The notes under the pieces are model-generated. The model was given only the letters and a program-made list of their open reading frames with translations, ran no database searches and was not told where the DNA came from. A stretch of DNA of 64,000 nucleotides, from assembly GCA_002633005.1 (NCBI GenBank), contig NMRA01000015.1:1783819-1847818 (forward strand). The letters run 5' to 3'. This document shows positions 1 to 17,500 of the stretch, one piece after another. The DNA is from Phoronis australis (taxonomy: Eukaryota; Animalia; Phoronida). Numbering within the stretch: position 1 is the first letter of the stretch; each line of letters opens with the position of its first letter. The translations under genes and the position numbers were made by a program.

Positions 1-22
1 AGTTACAGGGAGTGACAATGAA

Positions 23-286
23 CTATACCAACAATGACAACCTGTGGTGTGTCAGTTGCCTATTGAGATTGGGCTTGCACCAACTGATATGTAAAGCCTC
101 ACGAATTTTAAGCTCCTTTGTTGTTACTGCCTGGTCTATTATTGCAAAGTCATTGAAAGAGCACTGCTGATAACAATGATTGGAGCTCTGCAGGTGAATA
201 TTTACATGTGAATTACTGTCAGAATTTAGATGTTCCTTGGTCCTGGTTTTCAAATGGCGGAAAACCAGGACCAAGGAACATCTAAA
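23..286 (-). mobile_element. 5'-truncated Penelope-like retroelement remnant (C-terminal half of GIY-YIG endonuclease) with a terminal foldback
   Basis: Minus-strand frame RHLKTRTKEHLNSDSNSHVNIHL...FAIIDQA...LKIREALHISWCKPNLNRQ matches the HLxTRxxEH / LxIxEALxI / PxLN pattern of Penelope-type GIY-YIG domains. Perfect 27-bp inverted repeat 225-251/260-286 at the truncation point. Confidence 0.75.
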
Positions 287-398
287 GCTTCCGGCGTACA
301 GAGCGCCTATAGCCTCTGCATCGCCTCTGCTTCGGGCCAACAGAGGCGATGGTCATTGCCTACTGACTCCTATAGGCGCTCCATAAGCCGGAAGCTTT
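284..398. repeat. Palindromic hairpin element, homologous to 62969-63067
   Basis: Nested stems 284-295/387-398, 301-312/370-381 and 319-329/341-351. Confidence 0.7.
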
Positions 399-428
399 TC
401 GGCGAATAATGCCTCGCACCGACTAAAA

Positions 429-1137
429 CATCAAAGTCACGTTGTTATAAATACCTTTTGCGCATAGAGGAACACCTTAGGAGGTTGTCGGTGTGTTTAA
501 TTCCTTCCAACTCGAACAAATACTCCTGTTATGAAACTTTTTCTTCGAGCATTCCCTATTTCAGTTCCCAAAATTGTGAAATCAACTTTTTCATTTTTTT
601 AACCAGGCCGAAGGTCAGAAGTTGCAGTCCTGCCGGCGAACTTTGAAAGCTGAAGTTCCCGCCCTTTGCGTATGTGCTGCCGGGAACCAGTCGTGCATTT
701 GCCGTGTTGTTAAACATTAAAATGTCAAATATGTACAGAAAGACTATAAAATGCCATATCAACAACATTTATTTTATCAAAGACAAACAATAATTCATTG
801 AAATACAATCAGTTTCAAGTAACTCCAATTAAAGACAAGTATAGTGGTGGCATTTTGGAAACGAACATTTCACTGACAAGACCGCAATGGCTCACCGTTG
901 GCCTATTTAAAGATTGAGGTCATGAATTCACATCACCTAGCGAGCGCGGTAAAAATTGGAGCGTGCGCAGTATAAAAATGGTGAGTTCACGATTTTGGGA
1001 AATGAACGAGTGACTGCTCAAACCAAAAGTTCGATAACGGAAGTATTTGTTCGAGTTGGAAGGAATTAAACGCACCGGCAACCTCCTAAGGTGCCCCTCT
1101 TTACGCTAAAGGTTTTTATAACAACGTGACTTTCATG
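429..1137. mobile_element. Non-autonomous DNA transposon (MITE) with about 110-bp terminal inverted repeats
   Basis: 433-541 (aaagtcacgttgttataa...ttccttccaactcgaacaaatac) is the reverse complement of 1025-1133 with a few mismatches. A degraded related piece lies at about 1930-2020. Confidence 0.8.
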
Positions 1138-1319
1138 CCTCACCCTGATTAAAACAACAAAGTCACGTCATCAAGTAGCCTTGGTACAAATCTGTGTAAT
1201 AAATATACAGCTTTGCACCGATGTGGGTAAAACAGTGGTAAGATGAAATCTTACACAAAATTATTGTCATTAAAAACTACAGTCTTCCTTGAGTAAACTA
1301 GATTATTTAATGGAGTTGG

Positions 1320-1667
1320 AAAAAATGGCGTTCTGCTGTTAAAGTTGTGGAGCGATCTTCTGCGTCTGCTTTCGGCGCCATGAAATATATCGTCACCTAT
1401 TGGCCATTTTTTTCACTGATTCTTCAATCAACTGTTGTTCTTTCACGAGGTTGAAAAATCGAATTTCAGAACAAATTTTGCTGCTGCCAAGCTATCATCA
1501 TCTCCCGAGAGGTGTTGCAAAAATTTAGGAAATGGCGCCTGCGCATGACACGAGCGTACTGTTTTCAAAACGACGGCATGCTTTTCATTGTTTGAAAAGG
1601 CGGAGAGTTACGCAAGAAAATGATGTTTATTGCATTGTTTTTCAATTAAACGTCTGTAACGGGCAAG
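1320..1667 (+). promoter_or_regulatory. Probable promoter and first (5' UTR) exon of the SLC35E2-like gene
   Basis: CpG-richer patch with AAATGGCG YY1-type motifs at about 1323 and 1530. Consensus donor AAG|GTGAGT at 1667/1668 pairs with acceptor ttttcag| at 2877/2878 (branch-like ACTGAC upstream). Confidence 0.55.
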
Positions 1668-2984
1668 GTGAGTGTCGCTTGATTCCCAGATTTTGCATGC
1701 ACCCATCCGGTCTTTAGCTTTTAATACATGTTGATACAAGTTTCACAGCGTGGTGACGAGCAGAACTACCCTGGTTGTGTGCAATTTCGTGATCTACTAA
1801 AGAAATACACACAGTGGTACCTAGCTATATTTTGACGACAGTCTTCATACACCTAGCTGGCTGGCTAGTCAACAGGGTACATTTTGCATTTTACACATAG
1901 AGGGATACCAGGCTTAGGACTAGGTCAGGTCGTCTGTGTTTTTAATTCCTTCCAACTCCAGCAGTTGCCCAAATCGACAACTGGGCATTTTTACACTGCG
2001 CACGCTCCTGTTTTTATACTTCGTTTAACAAAGACGAAGTGAAACCAAATCCTATAACTTGGTATGAACTGTGTGCATCTTTTTGGAAGAAGAAGAGTTG
2101 ATCGAAGATTCGGCGAAAAAAGAAATTGGCCTATAGTTGACACTCTATTTCATGGCATTCAAAGCCAATGCATCTTATGGCTCCTCAAATTTAGCAGCAA
2201 AATAATGGTAGAATGGCAATATTTTTAATGCAGTTAACTAATTTATTTACTAAAGGAAGAATGTTACGACACTAATTTCGTGTCTGATTTTATCTGGCCA
2301 GTTATTAACGCACATCGCTAGTTCAATTATTAGATTATTTGAGCTTATCTCTAGTATACACCATAAACAGTCTGTAAGTAAAGAAGGAATTTATACTCCA
2401 AATACACTGTAGTAAACAACTACAAATTTGAGAAAGCTAACCGATCTTAAGTCTTTAAGAGCAAAACATTCCCGTGTACAATGTTAGAGATACCAGTACT
2501 GTCAAGTATTTACACTCTAGTGCATGATCTAAATGTATCGTGTTCATTTTTATACCTGTACAAATTACGCTTGACAGAGCAGTAAAGCACAATCTTTTAT
2601 ATGTAAATAAGTGGATAATTATGTAATTCGTGACTAAGGACAAGTTCACTACTAATTCAGGCTAATAGTTGCTCATTAACAGGTAGGGAAAGGTAGCTAG
2701 TGGCCACAGTGACTAAGTTGTTGTTTCTTGGACATGTGCTTGTTTCACTGTGGTCACTTTTTACCTATAACATGGTCAGGCTCACCTGTCTAATTTCAAG
2801 TTGTGGTCAATTGTTTCTGACATGATGTGATCAGTAATTTGAATGTGATTAACTGACATTTTCTTCCATGTTTTCAGGTCGGTATTGCAAAACGTATAAC
2901 GTGGTGAATACAATGCGGTAGGAAAAAGTCGACTCGTTGCTTCTTTCATACTCCATTCCATCAAGGTCTGTCTTGGCCTATTCA

Positions 2985-7021
<4,037 letters not shown>

Positions 7022-7157
7022 CAACGTGTACCTCTAGGACTGACTGGGAAGGGTCATGTATTTAGTAATATGCTCACTGCCATGACCAAAACTATTGTCT
7101 CTCAGAAATCTATTCAGTCAGCTATTTGTTTGAGCTGGCTAAGTGGACTGGGCTATT

Positions 7158-7544
7158 CGGGGTTCTCCAAAGGCTGTTTTAAGAGGTTGCTGCACCGTCT
7201 TTTAATTTCAGATTTTAACTATGCACCCTAATTGAATTCTCCGACATCTTTTAATTTGTACACCCGGCAAACGTTTAGTATCCTTATTTTCAGTCCTCTT
7301 TGGACAATCAGTGCTTAAAACCTCTATCTTTACAGCGTCAAGTTCATGATAAAAATAAAACCTATTTTGCTCTTCAGGGTAAACTCAGATTTCTGAAATG
7401 CAGGAAACTAGGTCTAAGTTCATTGGAAAGTTGGACCAAAACCCGCAGTGTAAAGAGATGAACCCTTTGGTAGATTGTGCATGTATAATGCTGTCCACCA
7501 GCATGGTTTCAGTGTCATTTAATTTTGAGGAGTGGAGAACCCTG
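7158..7544. mobile_element. hAT-like MITE in the probable SLC35E2 3' UTR
   Basis: TIRs cggggttctcca / tggagaaccctg. Same terminal type as 43501-43841. Confidence 0.5.
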
Positions 7545-10500
7545 CTATTTTTCTTGGTCATGACAGGGTAATAAACAATATGTTTTACCTAAAACTGCAG
7601 ATTCAGTTATAAGCATCGAATATCACTACCCACCTCTTGATGGTTGGTAAATGGAGGGTAATATTGGTTCTGTAATGTTTATTTGGTCTGCTATGAACAC
7701 AGCACTGTGAATTGTTGCTTTGTGAGGCTTAGTAATGGTTTCAGTTTGATTTTGTGGAAATGAGGTTTCTAATACACAAGTTTGCTGTGTGTCTTCTGGA
7801 GCTTTCCAAAGGAATGTCTTGAGTGTTGTAGACAGGGTTAACAAAGAAGACACGGGTCTCTTGTTGAGTGCAAAAAGTTGGGACAATTACTCTGTGCATA
7901 TGTCTACTTTGATCCATCACCCATTGCTCCCCCTGTTGATAGGAATCCTGACTAGTTAGTGTTGATTTAAAGAAATAAGTGGTCATTTGTTGGGGTTGTT
8001 TTTGACAGTGAAGTGGTGTTTATGGACATTTTAGCTCCATTTTGAGAAACAATAAGTCAGGAAAACTAGCAAATGCTTGACTGTCATATTTGCTTTTTAT
8101 GCACCCATGTTGCCATCATTTTATTTTTTATGTTTGATTCTGTATTGTCAAAGTTTCTTGAATGAAGTTTCATGAAATTTGGCTAATCGGTTGCTATAAG
8201 GCAGACAGTAAGACCTTCCCATTTTTGGATGGGTTCGACATATTCTGCACCACTTAGTGGCCATTTCGATACCAGTAAACTCCCTGAGAAGCATACTGTT
8301 TGCTGTACAGTCATGCGTGCATTTCTACGCTTTGCATTGATCTTGTATATTTAACTATCAATATGAGCTGTGGTTTATATGTAACCCTATCTGAGGAACC
8401 AAATGAAATGTGTGTTCTTCAGCTGTCTATTCCTTTTCAAATCTATGTGTATTTTATTTGTACTAAACGAACCCAGGAAACACGTAACTTATTTTTTGCC
8501 ATTTTCTGTAATTACTGATTCATTTTTGTGCCTCAAGTTTCAAAGTTAACAATTGTAATTTTCAATGCCTCTACTTATAACGTTTGATTGGCTTCCATTG
8601 TAAAATCAATTTCATCACTCCTCTTATATTTCTTTGAGTGCACAATGAGTGAAGGTCCATAACACCTGTTTGTGTCATTGACTATTCAGTAGTATTTTTG
8701 AGTTGAACACAATTCCAATTGGACCATATTGGTTTCCTTTGTTGTTGCTGGCTTTTAAGACATCACTAAACCTTTTAAGTTTAATCATTCTGCTGTGTTA
8801 TGCGCTTACTTTGTGTATTGGCTATTTTGAGTTGACTGAATTAATAATGTGATAAAATAACGATCAAATTATTTATAATCTTCTATCGAATCTCCGTAAT
8901 GAATTACCTCTGCTTAACAGATTTGCACGGATGTCAGAGAAAAATCAAAATTTGCCCATGCCTGCCGTCTCATTTAAAATGGTACTAGCTGCTGTATGTT
9001 AAATTACATCACCAGTTTTAGACATGGTGCCTGTTTCTTTGAAATTATTATTTGGTAGTCTGTGAGTCAGATAGCCAGCAATGTCACATTCTCACTGTAA
9101 GTATTGATCACGGAATGTTCCAATACTGGTAGTTCACAAAAACATCTAGGAATTCAGGTAAATTAGAATGTGGTGAATGGTTAGAACACTGCATCTAGAC
9201 ATTTGTTTTCTTCAATCAAGATTGTGTTTGTGCAGACCGACCTGGCAAGCAATGGAGCTATTACGTACCGATACTTGTATTTTAATAGGTTTTCAAGAAT
9301 TGTACTTCATAGAGTTGGGAGTTAATAGCCAGTATTTTTGGCAAGTTAGAACAGTTCCGAACTAATTGTTAAGTTTGAACTGAACATACTTTTTGGATCT
9401 CCAAAATCACGCGGTCTCTGTTTAATTCAGAGATCAGAGTGGCGAAATGTAGAATCTCACATGCAATGTGCAAACTTGTTGGGTTTATAAGTTCTGTAGT
9501 GTGCAGCTGTGGGCAGCTTTGGGCTTCGGTATTTGTCTTGATGATGTAGTCTGCCATTCAAATGAACTTGTGTGAACAGGGTTCACCATACAAGTCTAGG
9601 GCATGATGGGTCTGTACATTGTATTTTGTTGTGTAGGTTTCTGCAATATCTAGTTAACGGGCATATTAAGTACGGTAAAATTACCAATTTCGAACATAAA
9701 TAATATATGCGAAAATTGCCCTTTTTCATTTTTCGAGGTCGTCTTACGTTGTTGTAAGAGCCCAGAAGCTTTCTGCGATGGTAGATGATGAACAAAACAT
9801 GAACATGGCAAAGCCTTAATTTGGTGCAATATATCCTTTGTAAAAAATTGCAAAAATAAAATTTCATCTGTCAGCCATATTGTGTCCGAAATTGGTATAA
9901 AGGTTTTACCGTATTGTGATACTTAACACCTTAAGATTGAAACTGTTGAGCAGTTTGTAAAAGTTATTTTGTAATAACTATTTATTGACTGTTTAAATAT
10001 AGAATTATTTTGTTACAAAATGCGGATATACAATGAATTAAATGATTTAAGGATTTCCAGTTTTGTTTTGAAAATCTTAATCCAGTCTTGCATGTCATTC
10101 AATAAAACATCAATTTAATAAAAATGTGACGTCACTAAAAACGCCACCAGAAAGTTTGCTTGAAAATGGATACATACTACCTTTAGCATTATTAAGTATT
10201 AACAACTGAACATTTTCTTAATGTAACCATACCACATACCTGCCTATAATAATCTCAGATACAAGTGCAGGACATGTGAAGCCTATCCAGTAAATGGCAA
10301 GTAGTACCAGACAAAAAAATTACACTAAGTTATAGGTGAGGCAGTGTCTACATGCATGTGTAATACACTTAGTTATGCAAGAAGACCTTGTACTTCTCAT
10401 TGGAAGACAAACACTGGGCTGAAAAAGTGTTTACAACTTAAACATTCAACATCTTGAAGATTTCCTTCACGACAAAAATTGCAACAAAATCATTTCAGAA

Positions 10501-11557
10501 ATTACTTCAAGTGTACATAGTTATACAATTTCAGTTTTGTCTACTTGTTAAAGGTTTACTCCAAAGAATACGAGGCCAACAAGTACAAATTGGGAAGCTG
10601 GAGGTGACTATACCACATATTTTCGAGTGGAGCTCCAGACAAGAAAATGATCATTGTGACCTATTATGAGGGACAGTTGTTTTGATCAATAATGGGCTGC
10701 TGAGTGATAATGAATAGGTGTGTTTAAAAAGCAGCTTTCAGAAACAGTCCAACCATTTCATTATTTTAGGTTATAAAAAACACTGACATCGCTAAGATGA
10801 CACAAATAGAAAAGCTAAACTTGAGAAAAAACCCTGTCAAGATAATTGAATCTACTGCAACGTCTATGTGGATGAATAATGAACAATGTCTGCACCTTTG
10901 GCATTCACTACACTTGCACAACATGGTACACACAACCTTTTCAGTTACATTCAACAGTTATCTACATTTGTCAGACATAAGTAATCGAATGCAGAATTGC
11001 AAATAAGAGCTGTGCTTATAAATTTCAATTCCTAATCTGCACAACACATTATGTAAAGAACTGTGTCGTTTGTTTGAGACCGATGTTGGCCTATAGTTAC
11101 ACATTGCATACTGCTGAGGCCATGATACTGTCAGTGAGTATGTGAGAAGCAGTTTTATGCCAATCCGCATCATAAAAAAGAAAATTCAATGTATGAAAAC
11201 TCCTGGAGTATACCTTTAAGAACATGTTTGGAATGTGATGTCACTCTTCAGCCCAGCTTTTAACACGACAAGAGGTGACATTAATAAAAATGTACATGTA
11301 ATTAAAACAGTGATAAGCAGCAATAATAAACATGATCAAAATAAAAGAAGTATAGAATCAATGCCGCAGACAGGTGGCGCTGAAGCCACAGTTTACTCTC
11401 CAGTTAAATTATCCCTAACCGTTGAACAGTCACACTTTAATGCAGTAGTATCATTTAGCCAGGAAGAGTCCACTTTTCACTGCTGCAGCTCCAAAAGTAA
11501 GCCGGGATCAGTACACTAATTTTTATGGCAGCTAGGCGCACACCTAGGCATAGTTCA

Positions 11558-14500
11558 CTATTGCAATTCAACGTAGTTAGCTGGGAAGAGTCCAGTCCGG
11601 CCTCGACAACAACCACGCCACCAGCCTTCATCGATCTGAAACAGATAGCATCGTTCAGCACAGTGCTCTCTCGATCAAAAGCTGTCAATCATTTGTTGAG
11701 GAGTTAACTTTGTTCCCCTATTTTGGTTGGTATGAAATCATAACAAGACTGATGACCATCAGTTTGATCATCATTCAAAGCATTATTCAAGGAAAACCTC
11801 TTTTGGCCATTTATCATTGCTCAGCGATAAAAAACTTTGTGAATTATCATAATCGATGATGAATTATATTATATTGACAATTACAAATTCTAAGAAATGG
11901 TTGATATGAAATCATAAAAAAATATTTAATATAAAATTATGATCAATCCTATTTGCCTGTGATACCAAAGTTCAAGTTGGTTCTGAACATCACACGGCAA
12001 AATGTGCCACAAACTTTGAGTACTGCACAGAACAGTGTCAACAAAAAAATCTTGAAATGCAAAATTTCAAATTATCAACTATTTCATATTCGTTAACAAA
12101 ACAACACAATCTTATTTTATATATCCTAGCGCGATAACTAGGGAACAAAAACAAGTGCTTCTGATAACGGGAACTGAATGCATCATCACAAGCTGCAAGG
12201 ATTTTGTGTATCTGAGGGAGGCGTGTGTACCCCTTACTTTGCTCCTGTCACAATGTTGCGCCATTGTCACAAATTAAACTCTGGCACTAAGCAAGGTGGT
12301 GATTATCTGTTCAAGGTCAAGATTAAATTTTTAGAAACGAATTGAATAGCCTCCACATGACTCATGTTTCACACGTGTTGGTACCCAGAACAATAAAGAC
12401 CACGATTTTGAAGGAAAGTAACCGAATATTTTACTGTCAAGCAAAATAGGCAGAGACAAAATTGACGTTTGTAGAGTCCAATGTATTCAAACAAGCAGAG
12501 GATGAACTTCAAATGAGGTGGCCATGTCATTCGAATATTCCAATCACTTTCCACTAATTCTATAACTATTCCAGGATAACTCAAACCCTCTTCATGGGCG
12601 GCGCAGCACTGAAAAAAGTGGGGAGGCTAAAGCCCCCTCAGCCCTCCCCCTGTGGTGCACAGCTTATAGACCATGTGCGGCGTAGCAATGAAAAAAGTGG
12701 TGCCATTGTTTTAATTACTAATTGAATGAAAAATGATTAGTGTATACAATTCATTTTACTTTGTCAGATAATAAGTGAAATAACAACTTAGAGCATGGTA
12801 ATATCTTACCAATTAAGGGCACAAAATGGCCGACAAGTGAAATTTCATTCATATCTTGAAGTTCATGGACATACACATCAATGTTAGAAGCCTTTAAAAA
12901 ACAAAAAAGAGCCATTATGGCATCATTTTTGTCCGAAATTGGTGAGATTTTGCCATAAGCAGATCTACACATGGTTGTGTACGCAGATGGCAAATGATGA
13001 ATACTTACTTTCTCAATATTTGTAATAATTTCTTCTGGGTCAAAGGTTATTTCATCCTCATCAGCTAAAAAAAGCAAAGGCAGTTTACAAGTGACAATAC
13101 ATTAATCTCTGATCTATAGCATTCAAACAAGGCCAATCAAAACATAAAAGAGCTATGTATAAGAAAAAGATGACAAATAATCACTAAATATTCAGTCATG
13201 TCATCCCATATTTCAATATGTGCAAACATTTTCCTATGATACAGAACTGACATATTCATTATTCCTTTCCTTTGACAACATAAAATAATACAGCAAAGTA
13301 TTCCTCAAGAACAAAGTAGCTCTGTAGAATTCCAGAATGTTCCAAATGAATGTAGCCCATACTTGGCATGACAGATCCCATCAAGCCTAGTTTCCATACA
13401 AACATGATTGCCATGGCCAATAAACAATAAATAAACAATTCGAGTTAAGTTAATTGCTAACCTTTGTAGAAATGAAGTTCAAAACACAAAATCCTCAGGG
13501 CTTGAGGTTTTGAATAAATTCAAATGAGTTAAATACGATATCTTTCACCAAAATGACAGTTACAAGATTCAAAATGATTGGGTGACATCTTACTGAAGCT
13601 GACAACTCCCTTAAGGTCATGTGGGACATTATTGACAGGTGTGCGTACCTAGCCAATTATTTAAATATTTTAACACTGACAGTAAATTAAAGTATTTATT
13701 ACCTGAAAACAGAAGACACATAGAATTTGATTTTTTTTTTGACTTTTTACCATTATGTTATTAATTGGGTCACGTGACCAGGTCTCTTTTTACTAATATT
13801 TAGCAACAAAAGAGGGAATATTGATAGCAAAACAACACTTCAATTTTTATTTGATGGAAATGTTAGGTGAGATCTCACCTTTAATTTTTTCCATGAAAAT
13901 CATAAGTCACCTTTCTTGATAGCCTCTGATACAAAAGTCATATTTTAAAAACAATTCGTAATAGAATTCTGGATAACTGTGCACAAAGCAGAGTATCTGA
14001 AAGTTTCATATCAATCCAATCAGCCGTTTCTGAGATATGACGTTCCAAAGATTGCCAAATATGGAATTTTTCTAGGGTCCCCCACAACCTTAAGCCCGTG
14101 CATAAGTTGGATCAACTCACCAGCTTGGTAGTCATAAAGAGCTACTGCAGTTAATTCTCCAGTGGTACGGGTTGGCAAGTCAGGAGGTGCCTCGTATAAA
14201 TTTTCGTCGTCCTCCTCCTCTGGAGCCTGATAGATATCATCATCTTCAGGTATTGGAGGAGGACCATTATCCTGAATTCAATCATGTATTCATGAGTTAA
14301 TAACAAACATGTGTTCTGCTAACAGTTACAACACCACTGTTCAACACCATCATTTACCTACAACGCTCCATTTATCATAATTTATTATACAGATCTCCAT
14401 TTTTCATTTGTTACATTCTCCTACAACCTCTCTAAACACACCACACATTACAATACATGATCAATCACACTTCCTCTGTTATTATTTTTGTTGTTTCTGT

Positions 14501-17500
14501 TGTTGTTTTTGTTGTTGTTTTTGTTGTTGTTATTGTTGTTGTTTTTGCTGCTGCTGTTGTTGTTGCTCCATCTTTGTTTCATTGTGGTTGTTTCATCGTA
14601 ATGAGTTTGACATTGTACCGTCGTCTTTTCATCATCCTTATCATTGTTGCTTCACAGTTGCTGGTTCGTTTTTGCTTTGTTATTGTTGCCTCGGTGATTT
14701 TGTCTCACTGTTGTTGCCTCATGGTTGCTTCTTGTTGTTTGTTCACAATTGTTGTTTCATTGTTGTTGTTTCTGTTTTTCTATAGTTACACAGTTGTTTC
14801 TGTTGCCGTTGTGATGTTCATTATACACACAGGTCCATCCTATACCCTCCCTATACCCTCTACAGTAAACTAATAAACACATAGCTACACATAGACCTAC
14901 ATCTTACCTCCCCAGCCAACTCATACAATGCCTCCTCTTCTTCTTCCATTTGTCTTTCTGCCTCTTCAAGTGCTCGCCTTTGTTCGTCTTCTTGCCTCTT
15001 CCTCTCTGCCTCTTCCCTGTCTCTACGTTCAGCCTCTTCCCTGTCTCGACGTTCGGCTGCTTCTTGTTCCCTACGTTTAGCTTCTTCACGTTCCCGCGTC
15101 TCCCTGTCTTCACGATCTCTTTCCTCGGTCTCCCTCTGCGCCAGCTCCTCAGCCTCTCTCTCAGAAGCCAGTCTAGCTTCTTCCTCCTTCGCATGACGTG
15201 CCTTCAAGTAACAACAAATTGAAATGCAAACACTTGAGCTCCAAACAAAATAATCAGCATCAAACACAAGACTGTCCAATAAAAATCCATTTTAAAGTCC
15301 ACATGAAGCTGCCTTCTATCACAACATCCAACTTTTGATTCAGATCAAGTACCGTTATGGTCTCAAACTGTTCCTTAGTAATTAAAATTAAAGGCTTCAA
15401 AAGAACTGAGAGTTTGCTATTACTCGAGACCAGGTATCACTCGTTGGCATGTCGTGACCTCAAGGAACAAGAAAATGCCAGTTCTTAGCATGCCCAGAAC
15501 TACTCACTTCGCATCTAAGTAAGAACCAAGTTGTAACCAACTGTCTAGCAGTAAGCGGTCAATATCAAAAGTTCCCATCTTTGACAGAACGCAGCTTCGT
15601 AGTCCCCTTAGTGTCTTACATATGATCTTGCAGAGGCTACCTGACCCTCACGTCACATAGAGATTATACTCACCAGTGTGATAGGAGTCACTGAGGAGAC
15701 AGTATGTGCAGTGGGATATGTGTTGTGGGTTCGAGTCCCACTGAGTAACACTGCTTGACCCTGGAGTCAGGTTTCTAGCTCCTCAACTTGGTTATAACTA
15801 TTAATAATGGGCCTATCAGACTACCTGTAATTATTTTTTGTAACAGCCACTAACCTTCTCTTTTCTTTCTTGTTCTTCACGCTCACGCTGTTCCTTCGCC
15901 TGTCGTCGAGCTTTCTCTTCTTCTGCCCTCTTTCTGGCCTCTTCATCACCAGCTCTGGCAATACTCTCAAACCTGGAAGCCAGACTTTTAGCACCAGATG
16001 CACCTGAAAAAACCCAGAAGCATTCAGAATAAGATTGCAGAAACCTTTGCTTGTCACACTAACATAAATTACTTCAAAACAGCTCCAGTAGCTGATGATG
16101 GTTCACAAAATCATCAAACTGTGTCAACGACTGGGTATCAGTAGCATCTAGAGGACGAAAAGACAATTTTATTTTTGTTTTAAATTAAAAAGTACCACAT
16201 CTAATTACATGCACAGTTGGAAAAGGGCCTTTTCATGAAGTCATAAGTGTTCCCTTATGACTCGCTGTGAAGAAGTACCTCCTTCTACAGCCAGGTGGCG
16301 ATAAGAGTCACTGGTACTAAGAGATCAGATCTCATAACTTGTAGAAAGTCTCCCACAAGCATTTACCCGAGTCAGCCCGAGGTTTCTGGTAGTTAGAGCT
16401 AGGACCTTCCATCTCCTCAAACGTGTGTGCTGCCTGGTCCTGCCTATCCTTTTGCACACCAAACTTTCCACCAAATCCTGAAGAGTAATCTGCAAGAGGA
16501 TTGATCATTGGTTAAGCTGCACCAACAACAGAAAAAGGCTGTGAAACAGTCCAATAGCCAAAGAGTTAACAAGTACAAGATGCCAATATCGTAACTAATG
16601 AATTCAAACATAATATTTTCCATTTGTTAGTGTTTGAGAGTATGCAAAGGAGCACCTTTTTGAGAGCTGTGCTGTGCCAGCGATTCATGATCGTCATATC
16701 CAACAGCGGCCTTATCCACGTGGTCAGACTGTACACCAAATTTACCACCAAATCCAGTCGAGTGATCTGAAACCAAACAATCGTGCTGAACGTTTTCCAA
16801 AGCAGCACATCCATGCCATGAGAAATAAGAATCACACGCCACGTTTAATCAGATGAAGTGCACGACCAATACATGTTGACTGTTCCTTGAGACTAAAACA
16901 TACTTTTCTATGAATAAAATACGTTTCTGAGCGCATGAAATTGAATAAAAAATAAGTGAAATATTTCATAAGAAATCAAGTAGCTCTTTTCCAACAAAAC
17001 TTAATTTAATTTCAAATTACAATGCAACAATTAGGCACAAATACAATGTGAAATGATTTTGAAGTGCAATCTTAAGTCTGATTGAAAAAAACAGTGTTGC
17101 GGCTCTCACAATTCAATGATCTTTTGTGACAGTGAGTGTGCATGTGATGCTTAGAGCTCATCTTTCAAGAGGAAATCTGAGCAAGCTGGGTAGAATGATC
17201 ATAACTCATCTTTCATATAAGAGTAATGAGCAAACAGCAAGTGATGCTCTTAGTTCATCTTTTTGAGAGATCTGAGCAAACCATGCAGAATGGTTATCAC
17301 TTTTCTGAAAAAGTGTTGAAGAAAACAGTACATGGTATGGATATTCACAGCTCATAACTCATCTTTCTGAGGTATTAAGCAAACAGCATGTGACAGTCAC
17401 AGCTCATCCTTCTGAAAAGAGTGTTGAGCAAAATGTCTGTGATGCTCAAAACTCAGCATCCTGAGAGGAGTACTGAGCAATCAGCACATGAAAATCACAA

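Noticed and set aside
14408-14873. Cys-rich and Val-rich ORFs resembling metallothionein or membrane proteins
   Set aside because: Translations of a (GTT)n low-complexity intron segment antisense to cortactin, with no splice or domain support.
15700-15760. tRNA gene (B-box GGTTCGAGTCC)
   Set aside because: No cloverleaf. Downstream sequence is shared with two other dispersed copies, so it is a SINE.
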